Below are positions 49,613-60,160 of a stretch of DNA of 64,000 nt, one piece after another (the first letter of the stretch is position 1; each line of letters begins with the position of its first letter). A program made the translations under genes and the position numbers. The notes under the pieces were generated by a model. The model saw only the letters and a list, made by a program, of their open reading frames with translations. It searched no databases and was not told where the DNA came from. Source of the DNA: an uncultured Bacteroides sp. (GTDB lineage Bacteria > Bacteroidota > Bacteroidia > Bacteroidales > Muribaculaceae); NCBI GenBank assembly GCA_964653375.1, contig CAZZFD010000001.1:60503-124502 (forward strand), in the 5' to 3' direction.

Positions 49613-50110
49613 ATGAAAAAAGTTTTTGCGTCGCTTTTGACCATGGCTTTGGGATTGTCGTGTATGTCAGCCTATGCGAGTGGTTACAAAAGCGTTGTAA
49701 TTACCAAGGATGATAATTCGACCTTGGCTATTACTATGGAAGACGACATGACCTCAATGGTTCAGGACGGAGAATTTGTTCTCCAGTGTTCGAAAGGTTT
49801 ACTGGCTATGCCTGTAAGCGAAGTTAGAAAACTCACATTCTCTGCTGAGCCCGGTGAAAACATTGAAGATCAGCTTGCAGGTGTTGATACCCCTGTGGCT
49901 GATGCTGTAGTCCTTGTTCAGAATCTTGATAATGTGACTATGGAAAATCTGCCTGCCGACACTCAGGTAATGCTGGTGAATATTGCGGGTCAGGTATTGC
50001 ACAGTGCCGTAGTAACCGGACATCACAGTGTGAGCCTGAGAGGGCTTTCGTCCGGTGTGTATGTGTTGACTTATGGTAACGAATCATTAAAAATTGCGGT
50101 GGCAAAATGA
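49613..50110 (+). CDS. small secreted protein with T9SS-like C-terminal domain
   Basis: Signal peptide; C-terminus VMLVNIAGQVL...SLRGLSSGVYVLTYGNESLKI; TAATTTTG at 49554. Confidence 0.65.
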   Translation: MKKVFASLLTMALGLSCMSAYASGYKSVVITKDDNSTLAITMEDDMTSMVQDGEFVLQCSKGLLAMPVSEVRKLTFSAEPGENIEDQLAGVDTPVADAVVLVQNLDNVTMENLPADTQVMLVNIAGQVLHSAVVTGHHSVSLRGLSSGVYVLTYGNESLKIAVAK

Positions 50111-51573
50111 AAAAATTATTACTCTTAACTGTAGCCGCAATGATGTCGGCATCTGTATTTGCTCAGCATGAACAAATTCATCTGTTTCAAAGCAAGGATT
50201 TCAAAAGTTATAAGGCTGAGGAAGTAGAAAAAATAGAATATGTCGGTCAAAATGGTGAGTTTTCACAGATAGTTCTTACTGATACTTTGGGTAAAATTAC
50301 TAAAGTAGCTATGTCGGAAATTGACAGTGTTGTTCTCCGCTCTACCGGTATTCCCGAATTTCATGTGACACTTCAAGATTATCCAAATTGGCCTGAACTC
50401 GGTCAGAACGGAGAATCAAAAGATGTCATTCACCAGGCCACACTTTATATGGAAGGCAACGGTATGTATGACAATGTTGCTTCGCAGACTGTAGAATTTC
50501 GCGGTAGAGGAAACTCTACTTGGGGAATGCGCAAAAAACCTTATCGTTTCAAAATGGCGAAAAAAGCGTCCGTCTGTGGACTGCCTAAGGCAAAGACTTT
50601 TGCACTCATTGCCAATAATATTGACTGTACGCTGATGCGCAATACTCTTGCTCTTTGGCTTGCTAATTATTTGGAAATGCCTTATTCCAACCATTGTGTT
50701 CCTGTAAAGGTATATTTTAACGGTATATACAAAGGCCAGTATATGCTTACGGAAAAGATTGGTATAGGTGGTGGTAGTGTGGATATCGATGAGACCACAG
50801 GTATGCTATTTGAGCTCGACAGCAACTACGACGAAGATTATAAATTTACGTATTCATGGCGTTCAGGATATAATAATAAGACTCTTCCCGTTATGGTTAA
50901 GGACCCTGACATTGCTGAACTTGCCGCTGATACTACAGTAACTAATATCACTAATGCAAGTAGCTATTTTAATCTTTGGAAGACCGATTTCACCAACATG
51001 GCCAATGCTGTAACTCAGCGTGCTTCCACTCAGAGCCTGAGTGATGTGTTAGATTTGGAATCCGTGGTGAATTTCTTTATGGTAAACGGTATTGCAAGCA
51101 ACCATGAAATGCAGCACCCTAAGAGTCTATATATTCACAAAAAGAGTCTTGAAGAAGGTGAAGTATATCATTTCGGTCCTGTCTGGGATTTCGACTGGGC
51201 ATTTACATTTAATGGAAAAGAGGGTGCATCGCCTAAAGATTATATGGTGTCAAATGATGGTGACCAATCAGGTTATACTTTCCTGAAGGCATTGCTTTCC
51301 AATGAAGAAATTCGCACCATGTTCCGTGAAAAACTTGATGATTTCTATTATAATGGTTATCCCAAGATGAAAGAGTATATGGAAGAATATGCTAATCTTA
51401 TTGAGCCCACAGCTAAAGAAAACGGTCAACTTTGGCCAAGCTACACACATGCTTCCTGGTGTATTGTGACCAGTTCATGGGAATTCCGTAAGAACTTTGA
51501 AACTTTGAAAAATTGGATTGAGGAACGTATCAACTTCATGCGTTCGGATGACCATTTCGGTCTTTACAAATAA
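50107..51573 (+). CDS. CotH-family atypical protein kinase, secreted
   Basis: RGRGNSTW, KKPYRFK, YKGQY.LTE and GPVWDFD; signal peptide. Confidence 0.88.
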   Translation: MKKLLLLTVAAMMSASVFAQHEQIHLFQSKDFKSYKAEEVEKIEYVGQNGEFSQIVLTDTLGKITKVAMSEIDSVVLRSTGIPEFHVTLQDYPNWPELGQNGESKDVIHQATLYMEGNGMYDNVASQTVEFRGRGNSTWGMRKKPYRFKMAKKASVCGLPKAKTFALIANNIDCTLMRNTLALWLANYLEMPYSNHCVPVKVYFNGIYKGQYMLTEKIGIGGGSVDIDETTGMLFELDSNYDEDYKFTYSWRSGYNNKTLPVMVKDPDIAELAADTTVTNITNASSYFNLWKTDFTNMANAVTQRASTQSLSDVLDLESVVNFFMVNGIASNHEMQHPKSLYIHKKSLEEGEVYHFGPVWDFDWAFTFNGKEGASPKDYMVSNDGDQSGYTFLKALLSNEEIRTMFREKLDDFYYNGYPKMKEYMEEYANLIEPTAKENGQLWPSYTHASWCIVTSSWEFRKNFETLKNWIEERINFMRSDDHFGLYK

Positions 51574-51593
51574 TGTATTCTGATATAATCCAC

Positions 51594-51638
51594 AAATAAT
51601 AAAGGTGACTTCTTTGCGGGAGTCACCTTTTATTATTT
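51594..51638. terminator. bidirectional intrinsic terminator
   Basis: AAATAATAAAGGTGACT...AGTCACCTTTTATTATTT between convergent genes. Confidence 0.8.
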
Positions 51639-51656
51639 ATGGATTGTGTGTGGGTC

Positions 51657-52553
51657 TTACACCAGATGTGCTACCAGCTCAGCGCGGTCACCATAGAGAA
51701 GATCAATTACCGGGATTTCTATCATAGTGTAGGCTCCCGGTGTTTGACGCATTGATGCACGGGCTGCACCTACAAGTATCTGTGCGGTAAGTGCAGGATT
51801 ATTGATTGACATATTGAATTCAAAGCGTTGATTCTGGGTCTCTCCACTCACGCCTTTTCGAACCATATTTACGCCATGTCCCATATCCTTGATTTCATCA
51901 ATGGATTTTACGGCCATTACGTGAGTTTCATCGGAGGCGAAATAGGGGTCTGATTTGACCGCTGCAGTGACTTCTTCTAATGTAGCTCCATCGGCAAGTT
52001 CAACATATACCATGCGGCGATGTATGCCTGTGCCAAGCGGAATGGTCATGGAAAGAGCATTTTTTACACCCGGTTTTGATTTGACGCATACGGTATGTCC
52101 CATGCTCATACCCGGGCCGAAGTTGGTGTAAGTGATGCCTTTTGGAGCAGCAGCCTGCATGAGGGCGCGCACTATGGAGTCGCTTCCCGGATCCCAGCCT
52201 GCTGAGATGATAGCCACGGTACCGTAAGTTTTGGCTACAGCATCAAGATTGGCGCGAAGTTGCGGTATTGAGGTATGTATATCAAAACTATCTACAGTGT
52301 TGATGCCCATAGCAAGATATTGCGAAGCGTAATGTTCAACTTCGCGGGTGGGCGTACAGAGTATCGCCACATCTACATTTTCAAGTTCTTTGATATCAGT
52401 GACCACTTTATATGAGGCCAGTGTTTGTGGTATATTTGCTGTTGAGCGTCGTACGATACCTGCTATTTCGAAGTCAGGCGCTTGACGGAGAGCTTCAAGG
52501 GTGAATTGGCCGATGTTGCCATAACCTACTATGGCGGCACGAATTTTTTTCAT
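51657..52553 (-). CDS. ddh: meso-diaminopimelate dehydrogenase
   Basis: GYGNIG, TVDSFDIH, AGWDPG, FGPGMSMGH and HG. Confidence 0.92.
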   Translation of the reverse strand: MKKIRAAIVGYGNIGQFTLEALRQAPDFEIAGIVRRSTANIPQTLASYKVVTDIKELENVDVAILCTPTREVEHYASQYLAMGINTVDSFDIHTSIPQLRANLDAVAKTYGTVAIISAGWDPGSDSIVRALMQAAAPKGITYTNFGPGMSMGHTVCVKSKPGVKNALSMTIPLGTGIHRRMVYVELADGATLEEVTAAVKSDPYFASDETHVMAVKSIDEIKDMGHGVNMVRKGVSGETQNQRFEFNMSINNPALTAQILVGAARASMRQTPGAYTMIEIPVIDLLYGDRAELVAHLV

Positions 52554-52555
52554 TG

Positions 52556-53758
52556 TTATAGAGCTTTAACGATTTCTTCTGTATCTCGGGCTATCATCAG
52601 TTCTTCATCGGTAGGAATAACCACGACTTTGACTTTAGATGAGAGAGTGGATATTATTGTTTCTGTGCCACGGGTCATGTCGTTGATTGCTTTGTCTATT
52701 TCCACTCCGATGAAAGCTAAAGGAGCGCACACATTTTCGCGTACACCGGTCTGGTTTTCACCTACACCACCGGTAAACACTATAACGTCTACTCCCCCCA
52801 TTTCGGCTGCGTATGCTCCCACATATTTTATAATGCGTTGTTCATACATATCAAGGGCAAGTTTTGCGCGTGCATCACCGGCTTTGACAGCAGCTTCGAT
52901 TTCTCGCATATCGTTGGAAATCTCTGATACTCCGGCTACACCGCTCTCTTTGTTTATTACAGTTTGAAGTTGTGCCGGAGTAAGGTTATAGCGTGTCATC
53001 AAAAAAGTGAGCGCACCAGGGTCAACATCGCCTACGCGGGTACCCATCATCAGGCCTTCAGTGGGTGTAAGTCCCATAGATGTATCGATACTCTTGCCAT
53101 TGAGTACAGCTGTAATGGAGCCTCCATTTCCAATATGGCAGGTAATGATTTTGCTGTTGTTGAGGTCGATACCCAAAAATTCTGCGGCACGGGCGCTTAC
53201 ATAACGGTGACTGGTGCCATGGAATCCATAGCGTCGTACTCCGTCTTTTTCATAATATTTATAGGGTAGGGCATACATAAAGCTCTTGGCCGGCATGGTT
53301 TGATGAAAAGCTGTGTCGAAGACGCCAACTTGTGGCACACCGGGCATAAGTGATGTGATGGCTTCTATGCCTGTGATGTTGGCCGGATTATGCAGAGGGG
53401 CCAAGTCATAGCAGTCTTTGACTTGCTGGATAACTTCATCTGTGATAAGCACACTTTTGCTGAACTTCTCAGCTCCGTGAACCACGCGATGTCCTACAGC
53501 ATCTATCTCATCGAAACTCTTGATGCAACCGTATTCAGGATTCGTAAGCGTGCGTAAAATAGCTTCTACACCTTGTTTGTGGTCAATATGACCGAGGTCT
53601 AATTTTGTCTTAGAACCGTCAGGCAGACGGAATTTGATGAAGCCATCGGGAAGTCCGATTTTTTCTACACCACCTTCAGCTAAAGTCTCATGGCTTTCAG
53701 TGTCTATGAGTTTGTATTTTACCGAGCTGCTGCCGCAGTTGAGGACTAATATTTTCAT
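52556..53758 (-). CDS. ackA: acetate kinase
   Basis: LNCGSSSVKY, GHRVVHG, APLHN, YGFHGTSH and PTDEE. Confidence 0.96.
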   Translation of the reverse strand: MKILVLNCGSSSVKYKLIDTESHETLAEGGVEKIGLPDGFIKFRLPDGSKTKLDLGHIDHKQGVEAILRTLTNPEYGCIKSFDEIDAVGHRVVHGAEKFSKSVLITDEVIQQVKDCYDLAPLHNPANITGIEAITSLMPGVPQVGVFDTAFHQTMPAKSFMYALPYKYYEKDGVRRYGFHGTSHRYVSARAAEFLGIDLNNSKIITCHIGNGGSITAVLNGKSIDTSMGLTPTEGLMMGTRVGDVDPGALTFLMTRYNLTPAQLQTVINKESGVAGVSEISNDMREIEAAVKAGDARAKLALDMYEQRIIKYVGAYAAEMGGVDVIVFTGGVGENQTGVRENVCAPLAFIGVEIDKAINDMTRGTETIISTLSSKVKVVVIPTDEELMIARDTEEIVKAL

Positions 53759-53775
53759 ATCCTTTAATTGATTGA

Positions 53776-54792
53776 TTATTTATGTTCTTTCAGACCTATT
53801 GCCTGATTGCATGTCATGATAATGGTTTTATATATATCTTCCGGGAAACAGCCGCGTGAAAGGTCGTTGACAGGAGCGGCCAGACCTTGAAGTACCGGGC
53901 CGACAGCCTGAACGCCACCTAAGCGCTGTACCAGTTTGTAAGCTATGTTTCCTACTTCGAGCGAAGGGAATATGAGTACATTTGCCCGTCCGCTAAGCGA
54001 ACTGTTCGGGCTTTTGGTTTGGGCCACGCTGGGCACAATGGCGGCATCGGCCTGCAGCTCACCATCGATGATTAGTTCAGGACACATTTCCTGTGCTATC
54101 CGGGTGGCAGCGATAACTTTGTTGACACGCTCGTGTTTGGCGCTTCCTTTGGTAGAAAAGCTAAGCATAGCCACGCGTGGTTTGATACCGGCGATGTCGC
54201 GGGCGGTCTGAGCTGAACTTATGGCTATTTGAGCTAATTCTTCGGCGGAGGGATCCGGTACTACGGCGCAATCGGCAAACACCAGCAGGTCTTTTGATCC
54301 GAATGATGAGCCTTCGGGAAGAAGCATGATAAATGCACCGGACACTACGTTGATGCCGGGCTGTGTCTTGATTACCTGAAATGCAGCACGAAGTACATTC
54401 CCTGTGGTATTGAGAGCACCTGCCACCTGTCCGTCGGCGTCGCCGGCTTTAACCATAAGACACCCGAGATAGAGTGGATTGGCAGTGGTCAGGCGAGCCT
54501 GCTCCATAGTTATACCTTTGGATTTACGCAATTGGTAGAAAAGCGGAGCATAGTGGTCAATGACTTTTTCATCAGAGGGATTGACTATGGTGGCTCTGTC
54601 GATATGCGTGAGTTTCAACTCTTTTGCCATTGATTTGATATCCTTGGGGTCACCGATGAGGATTACTTCAGCGATATTTTCGGCAATTATACGGTCGGCT
54701 GCAGTGAGTGTTCGCGGTTCGGTTCCCTCAGGCAGGACTATTCTTTGAGGCATGGATTTGGCCTTCTCGGTAAGTGCTTCAAACAGACTCAT
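53776..54792 (-). CDS. pta: phosphate acetyltransferase
   Basis: RIVLPEG, FADCA, SFSTKGS, DGELQADAA and GNIAYKL. Start at 54792. Confidence 0.95.
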   Translation of the reverse strand: MSLFEALTEKAKSMPQRIVLPEGTEPRTLTAADRIIAENIAEVILIGDPKDIKSMAKELKLTHIDRATIVNPSDEKVIDHYAPLFYQLRKSKGITMEQARLTTANPLYLGCLMVKAGDADGQVAGALNTTGNVLRAAFQVIKTQPGINVVSGAFIMLLPEGSSFGSKDLLVFADCAVVPDPSAEELAQIAISSAQTARDIAGIKPRVAMLSFSTKGSAKHERVNKVIAATRIAQEMCPELIIDGELQADAAIVPSVAQTKSPNSSLSGRANVLIFPSLEVGNIAYKLVQRLGGVQAVGPVLQGLAAPVNDLSRGCFPEDIYKTIIMTCNQAIGLKEHK

Positions 54793-54956
54793 CTTAATAC
54801 ACGGATTGATGGTTAAAATTATATCCACAAAATTACAAAATATTATGCATTGCAAGCGATATTTGATGAAATTTGTTACCTATGATTATGGATATTGGAT
54901 TTGAGTATTAAAAGTGTTATCTTTGCATATTGTACCGGATAATTTTTGAAAAGGAG

Positions 54957-56279
54957 ATGAAAAGGACACTTCATTTTATAATATTTATGGTGATGCTGGT
55001 TGTGTGCGCGAGCGTTCATGCTGCTTCCCTACGTATCGAAGGCTCTTCGCGCGCAGTGATTACTGAGACTCCGGCTGCTTCTACCGGCATAGATAAAATA
55101 TTTGTGGTATATGGTCTGAATGGGTGTAATGCTGTCTACACGGCTTCTTCGGCGTCAGCCTCCGTGACCTGGAGCAGTTATGGCTATCAAGGAGCTTCTT
55201 ATGCCACGGAAATACCCGCATCGTCATTGTCGCGTAATGGTGCCGAAATCAGTTTCTCCGGTTTGAAAGGCGACACCGGATATGTGATAAATGAAAATGG
55301 CTCATTGTATTATTTTTGGGTAGTAGATTATACCGATCATGCTTTTGATATAAATGCTCTCGGATTCTCTCCCGAGCAGGAGTGTGACCGAGTGGAACTT
55401 ATGGCAGATGGAGCCGCCGACAAGATTACATATTATTCAATCATCGGCAGAGCTATGACTCTTTCTCGTGATATTGAGCTGACTTATTCTACGCTTAATG
55501 CCGACCGCGATGCTATGCGTTTTGATATGGTTACCCGCACTGAGCATCTGGAATATGTTTCCCCGCAATTTAGGGTGGAGGCGCCGCTATGCGACACTTA
55601 TTTTACTTTGACAACCGATCGCTTTATGCGCCAATGGGGTCTTATTGAGGAGGTGGTATCGCCATTGTTTACAGCAACAGCGGTCGATGCAATAGTGATG
55701 GCTAAGAAGCATGAACATACAGCGGAAAATGAGATAAAAACCGGTGATGATACCGGATTCGGAGGTTCGGCTCCGCTGGAGATTGAGTTCATTGCAGTGC
55801 CTTCTGATGCAGCCGTGTTTACTCAATGGGAAATGGCGACGAATGAGGATTTTGAAGATATTAATTATACTAATCGTGAACTGGAATTTACTCACATTTT
55901 CTACAATCAAGGTACCACCTACGTGCGGTTTCGGGCAGCCGATGCCTCCGGACACTGTGATTATGTGAGCGAAATTTTTACGGTAAGTGTAGGGGAATCG
56001 TCGCTCAAATGCCCCAATGCTTTTTCTCCCAAAGGTTCTCCGGGGGTAAATGATGAGTGGCGTGTAAGTTATAAATCGATTGTGGATTTTGAATGTTATA
56101 TTTTTAATCGCTGGGGTGAAAAATTGGCGGAATTTCATGATCCTTTCAAGGGGTGGGACGGCAAACGGAATGGCAAATATGTGCCTGCCGGTGTCTACTA
56201 CTATGTGATAAAGGCTAAAGGCAGTGATGGCAAGCAGTATAATCTCAGCGGTGACATCAATATAGTAAATTATGAATAA
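54957..56279 (+). CDS. secreted protein with T9SS type-B (gliding-motility-associated) C-terminal domain
   Basis: PNAFSP..GVNDEW, IFNRWG, GWDG and GVYYY; PKD-like GSAPLEIEF segment. Confidence 0.85.
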   Translation: MKRTLHFIIFMVMLVVCASVHAASLRIEGSSRAVITETPAASTGIDKIFVVYGLNGCNAVYTASSASASVTWSSYGYQGASYATEIPASSLSRNGAEISFSGLKGDTGYVINENGSLYYFWVVDYTDHAFDINALGFSPEQECDRVELMADGAADKITYYSIIGRAMTLSRDIELTYSTLNADRDAMRFDMVTRTEHLEYVSPQFRVEAPLCDTYFTLTTDRFMRQWGLIEEVVSPLFTATAVDAIVMAKKHEHTAENEIKTGDDTGFGGSAPLEIEFIAVPSDAAVFTQWEMATNEDFEDINYTNRELEFTHIFYNQGTTYVRFRAADASGHCDYVSEIFTVSVGESSLKCPNAFSPKGSPGVNDEWRVSYKSIVDFECYIFNRWGEKLAEFHDPFKGWDGKRNGKYVPAGVYYYVIKAKGSDGKQYNLSGDINIVNYE

Positions 56280-57237
56280 TATGAACAGGACTATTGTAAT
56301 TGCAGCAATATATGCAAGCATGACATCCATGGCTCTTTTTGGTGCACAGCCTGCAACCAATCAGACTCTTAAGCCTGAAACTCCGAGTAAAGTAATCAAT
56401 CCGAAAGTGCCTTCACAGGTGATGTTTGCCGATAAAAAGATTGATACAGATCGCTATGATATATATGAACGGCTTGACCGCGAACTTTCAGCTATGGCTT
56501 ATACTCACGGATCTACTATGCTTACCATTAAGCGTGCCAACAGATATTTCCCTGAAATTATACCTGTGCTTAAGGCGGCAGGGGTGCCTGCTGATTTGGT
56601 TTATCTTGCCTGTATAGAAAGTTCGCTTGACCCTCGGGCTTATTCGCCTTCTAAGGCGGCCGGATTCTGGCAGTTTCTTGCCGGAACAGCCAAGGACTAT
56701 GGTCTTGAGGTGAATGAATATGTCGATGAGCGTTATGATATAGTGAAAGCTACCCGGGCTGCAGCTAAATACCTCAAAGAGGCTTATAACAAATATGGTA
56801 CATGGGAGTCGTCGGCGGCTTCCTACAATGGAGGTATGGGACGCATTACGCGCGAGTTGGCCGAACAGAATGTTGACACAGCCTATGATTTATATCTTGC
56901 TGAAGAGACTTCTCGCTATATGTTTCGATTGCTGGCTATGAAGATGATTATGGAAAATCCGCGGCAATACGGCTTTGAACTTAAGGCGGAAAATCTTTAT
57001 CCGCCTATGAAATATACCGAGGTAGAGGTTAATACTCCGGTAGAAAGTTGGTCGAAGTGGGCCAAAGAACATGGAACGAACTATATGACGCTACGCGATT
57101 ACAATCCTTGGATAAGGACTAAATCGCTGCCTAATAAAACGGGTAAGACCTACACTGTAAGAGTGCCGGTGAAGGAGTCACTTTCACATTCCAAAAGTGT
57201 AGGCCGTCCATATAATCCTGATTGGGTGGTTAAATGA
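56272..57237 (+). CDS. MltD-like lytic transglycosylase
   Basis: YLACIESS, AAGFWQF, VDERYD, AASYNGG and ETSRY. Confidence 0.88.
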   Translation: MNNMNRTIVIAAIYASMTSMALFGAQPATNQTLKPETPSKVINPKVPSQVMFADKKIDTDRYDIYERLDRELSAMAYTHGSTMLTIKRANRYFPEIIPVLKAAGVPADLVYLACIESSLDPRAYSPSKAAGFWQFLAGTAKDYGLEVNEYVDERYDIVKATRAAAKYLKEAYNKYGTWESSAASYNGGMGRITRELAEQNVDTAYDLYLAEETSRYMFRLLAMKMIMENPRQYGFELKAENLYPPMKYTEVEVNTPVESWSKWAKEHGTNYMTLRDYNPWIRTKSLPNKTGKTYTVRVPVKESLSHSKSVGRPYNPDWVVK

Positions 57238-60065
57238 ATATTGATACAGAAAATGACAGTTTGAGTGTACTCGGAGCCCGTGTACACAATCTGAAAAATA
57301 TCGATGTAGACATTCCCCACTATAAGCTCACCGTTATAACCGGGTTGAGCGGTAGCGGTAAGTCTTCGCTTGCTTTCGACACAATTTATGCCGAAGGCCA
57401 GCGACGCTATATCGAGACTTTTTCATCGTATGCCCGTAATATGCTTGGCAATCTCGAGCGCCCTGATGTGGATAAGATTACCGGACTGAGTCCTGTGATT
57501 GCTATAGAACAGAAGACTGTCAATCGTAATCCGCGTTCGACTATAGGTACCACCACAGAGATATATGATTTTTTACGATTGCTTTATGCTCGTACAGCCA
57601 CTGCCGTGAGCTACGTCACGGGTAAGCCTATGGTGAAGTACACAGAAGAGAAAATCGTGAATCTGTTGTTGGAAAAATACGATGGAAAGAAGATATATGT
57701 GCTTGCACCTTTGGTGAAAAACCGTAAAGGGCATTATAAGGAGCTGTTTGAGTCAGTACGTAAGAAAGGATATATATCGGTGAGAGTTGATGGCGAATTA
57801 CGTGAGATAACAGCCGGCATGAAGCTCGACCGATACAAGAACCACTCCATAGAAGTGGTGGTGGATCGTCTGAAGGTGAGTGATAAAGATGAGACGCGCT
57901 TGCGTTCTACCGTATCCGATGCTTTACGTATAGGCGAAAAGCAGATGATGGTTTATGATGTGGATGCCGATGAGGTGACTCATTTCAGTCAGCAACTTAT
58001 GGATCCGGAATCGGGTATTTCGTATCGTGAACCGGCTCCTCATAACTTCTCGTTCAATTCTCCACAGGGATATTGTCCTCACTGCAAGGGATTGGGAGAG
58101 GTTAATATAGTGGACCGTAATAAGATTATTCCGGATGATTCCATATCCATATATGATGGGGCTATTCTGCCGCTTGGAAAGTATCGCAATAGTATGATTT
58201 TTTGGCAAATAGATGCTATTTGTGCTCGATACGGATATACGATTAAGACGCCGGTCCGCGATCTGAGCGATGAATGTATGGATGATATTCTCAATGGCAC
58301 AGATGCTCGCCTGAATATACAGAATGCCACACTTTCCACAGCTAATTATTTTAGTACCTACGATGGATTGGTGAAATATATCGAGATGCAGCAAGATGAT
58401 GAAGCGGGAGCGGCTGCCCAAAAGTGGAGCGGACAATTTTTCTCTCGCGTGGTCTGTCCGGAGTGTCATGGTCAGCGTCTTAATCGAGAGGCATTGAGTT
58501 TCTTTATCGACGGTAAAAATATAGCTCAGCTATCCGAAATGGAGATATCCGATCTGTATGAATGGTCGAAGACCATAACAGAGCGATTGTCGCCTACGCA
58601 GGCCATTGTGGCAGCTGAGATTCTAAAAGAGATACGCAGCAGATTGGGATTTTTGGTAGATGTGGGTCTGGATTATCTGTCATTGAATCGCAGGTCAGCT
58701 ACTCTGTCGGGTGGTGAAAGTCAGCGTATCAGGCTCGCCACTCAGATTGGGTCTGAATTAGTCAATGTGCTTTATATTCTTGATGAACCAAGTATTGGAC
58801 TGCATCAGCGTGATAATCACCGATTGATTGATTCGCTTAAGAAATTGCGTGATGCCTCCAATACGATTATAGTGGTGGAGCATGACAAGGATATGATGTT
58901 AAATGCAGATTATGTGGTGGATATCGGCCCTAAGGCCGGACGTAAAGGTGGCGAAGTGGTATTTCAGGGAACTCCCGGGCAAATGCTTGCAACATCCACT
59001 CTTACTGCATCGTATCTCAATGGCGAGCAAAAAATTGAAGTTCCTGAGCAGCGTCGTTCGGGCTCAGGAAAAAGGCTTGAACTTTACGGAGCATCGGGTA
59101 ATAATCTTAAAGATGTGAATCTTTCGCTGCCTCTTGGTACTTTTATTGCTGTGGCCGGTGTGTCGGGGAGTGGTAAATCGAGTCTTATCAATGCTACTCT
59201 TATGCCTATTCTGTCGGCTCATTTCTATAGATCTACACAGCAGCCACTTACTTATAAATCTATATCAGGGCTTGAAAATATTGATAAAGTAGTGACTGTA
59301 GACCAGACTCCTCTGGGTCGTTCTCCACGTTCAAATCCGGCTACTTACACTGGAGTTTTTACTGATATACGCAATCTTTTTGTCGGTCTTCCGGAGGCTA
59401 AGATACGCGGTTATAAGCCCGGACGCTTCTCTTTTAATATTGCCGGAGGTCGATGTGAAGCATGTTCGGGCAATGGTTATCGCACGATAGAGATGAATTT
59501 TTTGCCCGATGTGCTTGTCCCGTGTGAGGTGTGTGGCGGAAAGCGTTACAACCGTGAGACTCTCGAAGTGCGCTATAAGGGAAAATCTATAGCAGATGTG
59601 CTTGACATGACTATTAACCAGGCTGTAGATTTTTTTGCCGGAATACCTTCGATACTGAAAAAAATCAAAGTGCTTCAGGAGATAGGTTTGGGATATATTA
59701 AACTTGGTCAACCGTCGTCCACACTTTCCGGGGGAGAGAATCAGCGTGTGAAGTTAGCTACAGAGTTGGCAAAACGCGATACCGGAAAGACTCTCTTTCT
59801 ACTTGATGAACCCACCACGGGGTTGCATTTCGAGGATATTAAAGTGCTTTTAGGTATATTTCACAGGTTGGTGGAAAAAGGTAATACCGTGCTCGTGATT
59901 GAGCATAATCTTGATGTGCTTAAGTGTGCTGATTATGTGATAGATATGGGCCCGGGCGGTGGTAAGAACGGAGGTGAAATCATAGCCGTGGGGACTCCGG
60001 AGCAGATAGCTGTCGGAGATTCACCAACAGCAGGGTATCTTCGCGAAGAATTGAATGTCAAATGA
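57234..60065 (+). CDS. uvrA: excinuclease ABC subunit A
   Basis: Two ABC cassettes (GLSGSGKSS, GVSGSGKSS, LSGGE) and zinc fingers. Confidence 0.97.
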   Translation: MNIDTENDSLSVLGARVHNLKNIDVDIPHYKLTVITGLSGSGKSSLAFDTIYAEGQRRYIETFSSYARNMLGNLERPDVDKITGLSPVIAIEQKTVNRNPRSTIGTTTEIYDFLRLLYARTATAVSYVTGKPMVKYTEEKIVNLLLEKYDGKKIYVLAPLVKNRKGHYKELFESVRKKGYISVRVDGELREITAGMKLDRYKNHSIEVVVDRLKVSDKDETRLRSTVSDALRIGEKQMMVYDVDADEVTHFSQQLMDPESGISYREPAPHNFSFNSPQGYCPHCKGLGEVNIVDRNKIIPDDSISIYDGAILPLGKYRNSMIFWQIDAICARYGYTIKTPVRDLSDECMDDILNGTDARLNIQNATLSTANYFSTYDGLVKYIEMQQDDEAGAAAQKWSGQFFSRVVCPECHGQRLNREALSFFIDGKNIAQLSEMEISDLYEWSKTITERLSPTQAIVAAEILKEIRSRLGFLVDVGLDYLSLNRRSATLSGGESQRIRLATQIGSELVNVLYILDEPSIGLHQRDNHRLIDSLKKLRDASNTIIVVEHDKDMMLNADYVVDIGPKAGRKGGEVVFQGTPGQMLATSTLTASYLNGEQKIEVPEQRRSGSGKRLELYGASGNNLKDVNLSLPLGTFIAVAGVSGSGKSSLINATLMPILSAHFYRSTQQPLTYKSISGLENIDKVVTVDQTPLGRSPRSNPATYTGVFTDIRNLFVGLPEAKIRGYKPGRFSFNIAGGRCEACSGNGYRTIEMNFLPDVLVPCEVCGGKRYNRETLEVRYKGKSIADVLDMTINQAVDFFAGIPSILKKIKVLQEIGLGYIKLGQPSSTLSGGENQRVKLATELAKRDTGKTLFLLDEPTTGLHFEDIKVLLGIFHRLVEKGNTVLVIEHNLDVLKCADYVIDMGPGGGKNGGEIIAVGTPEQIAVGDSPTAGYLREELNVK

Positions 60066-60160
60066 TCCGAGCAGCTATTCTACCGTGATAATATATGCTC
60101 AATCAATAGTTTAAGTTTGAAAGAATGATTAATTTCGGGTGAGATTTACTTAATTGTATC

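Noticed and set aside
55587-56360. Long antisense ORFs (257 aa here; also 26219-26839, 57924-58469, 38274-38810 and others)
   Set aside because: Shadow frames opposite well-supported genes, with no recognisable motifs.
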